Shown here: positions 60,785 to 64,000 of the stretch, one piece after another | Layout: the number at the start of each line of letters is the position of its first letter | Numbering within the stretch: the stretch's first letter is position 1 | From: an uncultured delta proteobacterium | Lineage (GTDB): Bacteria; Myxococcota_A; UBA9160; SZUA-336 | Length of the DNA stretch: 64,000 nt | Reading direction: 5' to 3' | Assembly (NCBI GenBank): GCA_963707945.1 | Contig: CAVPRM010000002.1 | Coordinates: 17,819-81,818, forward strand | Made by a program: the position numbers and the translations under genes | The notes under the pieces: generated by a model | Database searches by the model: none | Told to the model about the DNA's origin: nothing | What the model saw: the letters and a program-made list of their open reading frames with translations, nothing else

Positions 60785-61330
60785 ATGCCAGAGCGCCACG
60801 AAATTCTGCGGCAGGGGCAGGACTCGTTCCTCACCACGACCGTCGACGCGGTCGTGAACTGGGGCCGGAAGTACTCGTTCTTCCTGTACCCGTTCGTGAC
60901 CGCGTGCTGCGGCATGGAGTTCATGTCGGCCGCGGGTCCGCGCTACGACCTCGACCGCTTCGGCGCCGCGCTGCCGCGCTTCTCGCCGCGGCAGGCGGAC
61001 CTGCTCATGGTGGTCGGCACGATCAGCCACCGCCAGGCGCCGATCCTGAAGAAGGTCTACGACCAGATGGCCGAGCCCAAGTGGGTCGTCGCGTTCGGCG
61101 CGTGCACCTGCTCGGGCGGTCCGTACAACAACTACTCCACGGTGCAGGGCATCGACACGATCGTGCCCGTGGACATCTACATTCCCGGCTGCCCCCCGCG
61201 GCCGGAGGCCGTCCTCGACGGTCTGATCAAGCTCCAAGAGCGGGTCCAGCGCACTCCAGGGTGGAGCGTTCCGCACCACGTGGAGACGGACGACCTCTCG
61301 CTGCCGATCATCGAGAAACCGGTCGCCTGA
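60785..61330 (+). CDS. nuoB: NADH-quinone oxidoreductase subunit B
   Basis: TACCGME, SPRQAD, QMAEPKWV..GAC, PGCPPRPE. Confidence 0.93.
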   Translation: MPERHEILRQGQDSFLTTTVDAVVNWGRKYSFFLYPFVTACCGMEFMSAAGPRYDLDRFGAALPRFSPRQADLLMVVGTISHRQAPILKKVYDQMAEPKWVVAFGACTCSGGPYNNYSTVQGIDTIVPVDIYIPGCPPRPEAVLDGLIKLQERVQRTPGWSVPHHVETDDLSLPIIEKPVA

Positions 61331-61409
61331 CGCGCCTTCCCGTCCACTTCTGCCGCTCAAGGAGCCGGCAAGATCCGTCGAAGAAGAGGACGGGGAAGGA
61401 CTGCGCGCG

Positions 61410-62798
61410 ATGAAGTCGTTCGATCTCGTGGTGATCGGTTCCGGGCCGGGCGGGTACATCTCCGCCATCCGCGCCGCGCAGCTCGGTCTGTCGACCGCGA
61501 TCGTCGAGGAGGCGCCCACGCTCGGCGGCGTCTGCCTGAACTGGGGCTGCATTCCGACCAAGGCCATCCTGTCCTCGGCCGAGATCTACGCCGCCGTGAA
61601 GCACGGCGTCCCGGGGCTCGTGGTCGAGGGCCAGAGCGCGAACTACGGCCAGGTGATCGACGCGAGCCGCAGCGCTGCCGACCGGCTCGCACGCGGCGTG
61701 GCGAGCCTGATGCGGAAGAACAAGATCGAGGTGCTGGCGGGTCGCGCCAGGCTCGCCGCGGGCAAGGAAGTCGTCGTCACGAAGGACGGCGCTTCGGAGT
61801 CGATCGAGGCGCGCAACGTGATCCTCGCGACGGGCTCGACCGAGTTCGTGTTCCCGGGGGTGCAGGTCGACGGCAAGCGCGTGCTGACCAGCCGCGAGGC
61901 GCTCGAGTCGCGCGAGATGCCGAGCGCGATCGTCATCATCGGGGCCGGCGCGGTGGGGCTCGAGTTCGCCTACTCGTACAACGCCTACGGCTCGCAGGTC
62001 ACCGTGATCGAGATGCAGGACCAGATCCTGCCGGGCTTCGACAAGGAGACCGCGGACACGCTGTCGCGCTCGTTCCAGCGCAGCGGAGTGAAGGTGCTGA
62101 CCAAGACCGCGTACAAGAGCCTCGAGGTGAACGGGCAGGGCGTGGTCGTCCACGCGACCGGCGAGAAGGGCGACGTCGAGCTCAAGGCCGACCAGGTGCT
62201 GCTCGCGGTCGGCCGGCGCGCGCTCGTCGCGGACCTCGGCCTCGAGGCGCGCGGCGTCGCCGTCGAGCGCGGCTTCATCAAGGTCGACGCGCACTACCGC
62301 ACCAGCGCCGAGGGCGTCTACGCGATCGGCGACTGCTCGGGTCCGCCTCTGCTCGCGCACAAGGCGTCGCACGAGGGTGTCGCCGCGGTGGAGATCATCG
62401 CGGGGGTGCGCAAGCACGGGATCGACCTGAAGAAGATCCCGGCGTGCATCTACTGCCAGCCGCAGGTCGCGAGCATCGGGCTGTCCGAGGCCGAGGCCAA
62501 GGCGGCGGGGCACGAGGTGAAGGTGGGCAAGGCGCCGTTCGCAGCCTCGGGCAAGGCGGTCGGCACCGGCCACACCGAGGGCTTCGTGAAGATCGTCTCG
62601 GACGCGAAGTACGGCGAGATCCTGGGCGCGCAGATCATCGGCTACGGGGCGACCGAGCTCATCAACGAGATCGCGCTCGCGATGGTGATCGAGTCGACCA
62701 CGACCGAGGTCGGCGAGACCTCGCACGCGCATCCGACGCTCGGCGAGATGCTCATGCAGGCGGCGCTCGCCGCGGAGGGGCGCGCGCTCGACTTCTGA
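61410..62798 (+). CDS. lpdA: Dihydrolipoyl dehydrogenase
   Basis: GSGPGG, GGVCLNWGCIPTK, LAHKA, HAHPTLGE. Confidence 0.96.
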   Translation: MKSFDLVVIGSGPGGYISAIRAAQLGLSTAIVEEAPTLGGVCLNWGCIPTKAILSSAEIYAAVKHGVPGLVVEGQSANYGQVIDASRSAADRLARGVASLMRKNKIEVLAGRARLAAGKEVVVTKDGASESIEARNVILATGSTEFVFPGVQVDGKRVLTSREALESREMPSAIVIIGAGAVGLEFAYSYNAYGSQVTVIEMQDQILPGFDKETADTLSRSFQRSGVKVLTKTAYKSLEVNGQGVVVHATGEKGDVELKADQVLLAVGRRALVADLGLEARGVAVERGFIKVDAHYRTSAEGVYAIGDCSGPPLLAHKASHEGVAAVEIIAGVRKHGIDLKKIPACIYCQPQVASIGLSEAEAKAAGHEVKVGKAPFAASGKAVGTGHTEGFVKIVSDAKYGEILGAQIIGYGATELINEIALAMVIESTTTEVGETSHAHPTLGEMLMQAALAAEGRALDF

Positions 62799-62817
62799 GC
62801 GCGCGCGAAGGCGGACG

Positions 62818-64000
62818 ATGGCGATCTCGGTGGTGATGCCCCAGATGGGCGAGAGCGTGGTCGAGGGCACGGTCGAGCGCTGGCTCGTGCGCGAGGGCGA
62901 GCGGGTCGAGAAGGACCAGATCCTCTGCGAGATCACGACCGACAAGGTCGACGCCGAGGTGGTCGCGCCCGAGTCCGGCGTCGTGACCCGGATCGTCGCG
63001 CCGCAGGGCCAGACCGTGCCGGTGGGCGCGGAGCTCGCGAGCCTGGAGCCGGTCGGCGCTGCGGCGACGACGGCTCCGGCCGCGCCGGCGCCGGCGGCGG
63101 CGACACCGAAACCGGTCACGCCCGCAGCCGCGACCGGGCCGGCCACCGCCGACGCACCGCGCGTTTCGCCGGTGGCGCGCCGCGTCGCCGAGGAGAAGGG
63201 AATCGATCTCGGCTCCGTCGCCGGCTCCGGCGTCGCGGGACGCGTGATGAAGGCCGACGTCACCTCGGCGCGGCCCGCCTCACAGCCCGCGGCGCAGCCT
63301 GCCGCGACGGCCGCCGCGGCCGCGGCGGCGCCGGGCTCGCTCGGCGAGTTCCTCGCGCACATGCGCGTGCCCACGCACCGGATCGCGCCCGAGGACAAGG
63401 TCATTCCGTTCACGGCCATCCGCCGGCGCATCGCCGAGCACATGGTCGTGTCGAAGGTCGTCTCGCCGCACGTCGGCACCGTGGCCGAGGTCGATCTCTC
63501 GAAGCTCTCGAAGCTGCGCGACCGCCACAAGAAGGCGTTCGAGCAGGCGCACGGCTTCGGCCTCTCGTTCCTGCCGTTCGTGGTGGCTGCCACCGTGCGC
63601 GGCCTGCGCGACTTCCCGCGCGTGAACTCGGCGGTGGTCGGCGACGCGATCGTCGAGCGCGCCGGCATCCACGTGGGCGTGGCGGTCGAGACCGAGCGCG
63701 GATTGCTCGTGCCGGTCGTGCGCGACACCGATCGGCTGTCGCTGGTCGGGATCGCCGAGGCCATCAACGAGCTGGCGCTGCGCGCGCGCGACCGCACGAT
63801 CACGGCCGATGAGCTGGCCGGCGGCACCTTCACGGTCAGCAACCCGGGCCGCGAGGGGAATCTCTACGGCTTCGCCGTGATCAACCAGCCTCAGGTGGGA
63901 ATTCTCCGCATGGGCGAGGTGAAGAAGCGCGCGGTGGTGATCGATTCGGCCGGCGAGGACCAGATCGCCATACACCCGATGATGTACCTGGCGCTCTCCT
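62818..64000 (+). CDS. 2-oxoacid dehydrogenase E2 (dihydrolipoamide acyltransferase), 3'-truncated; absent from the supplied ORF track
   Basis: MPQMGESVVEG, lipoyl TDKV, Ala/Pro linker, SPVARR binding domain, GGTFTVSN. Confidence 0.93.
   Translation, partial: MAISVVMPQMGESVVEGTVERWLVREGERVEKDQILCEITTDKVDAEVVAPESGVVTRIVAPQGQTVPVGAELASLEPVGAAATTAPAAPAPAAATPKPVTPAAATGPATADAPRVSPVARRVAEEKGIDLGSVAGSGVAGRVMKADVTSARPASQPAAQPAATAAAAAAAPGSLGEFLAHMRVPTHRIAPEDKVIPFTAIRRRIAEHMVVSKVVSPHVGTVAEVDLSKLSKLRDRHKKAFEQAHGFGLSFLPFVVAATVRGLRDFPRVNSAVVGDAIVERAGIHVGVAVETERGLLVPVVRDTDRLSLVGIAEAINELALRARDRTITADELAGGTFTVSNPGREGNLYGFAVINQPQVGILRMGEVKKRAVVIDSAGEDQIAIHPMMYLALS

Noticed and set aside
63050-63340. Low-complexity GCC/GCG repeats
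   Set aside because: Ordinary Ala/Pro linkers of the E2 subunit
1-64000. CRISPR arrays, prophage, integrase, defence systems, rRNA
   Set aside because: No spaced direct repeats or recognisable cas, phage, integrase or rRNA sequence seen by eye
1-64000. High frequency of CTCGAG and GCGCGC words
   Set aside because: Explained by Leu-Glu and Ala-Arg codon usage at high GC

Overview
High-GC bacterial chromosomal window, plausibly a Myxococcota/deltaproteobacterial-type metagenome assembly (lineage is inference only). Layout: (1) 1-16 kb surface-polysaccharide locus (OafA-like acyltransferase, IS630 relic, wzx, GT8, GT-B, amino-sugar enzymes, divergent wzc/priming transferase/wza); (2) nadB, lytic transglycosylase, pgsA, tRNA-Gly(GCC); (3) a ~23 kb general-stress/desiccation cluster (CsbD, YtxH, BON/OsmY, TreXYZ, MscS, PLD, AI-2E, DUF748, and a nucleotidyltransferase-phosphoesterase-GT4-glucosidase-metallothionein operon); (4) housekeeping genes (cysD/cysNC, CCA enzyme, moaA, MenB-like, a two-piece GlnE, ispH, pcs, isolated nuoB, lpdA, E2). 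The clearest unannotated signal is regulatory: twelve sigma54 -24/-12 motifs precede the polysaccharide and stress transcription units, seven of them 14-17 nt before a start codon with no Shine-Dalgarno (predicted near-leaderless sigma54 mRNAs), and several have a shared upstream TTGTAGA-like motif. Housekeeping genes show TANNNT-N6/7-start leaderless architecture. Many conserved genes carry indels that look like assembly errors. All calls come from reading motifs by eye; no searches were run.
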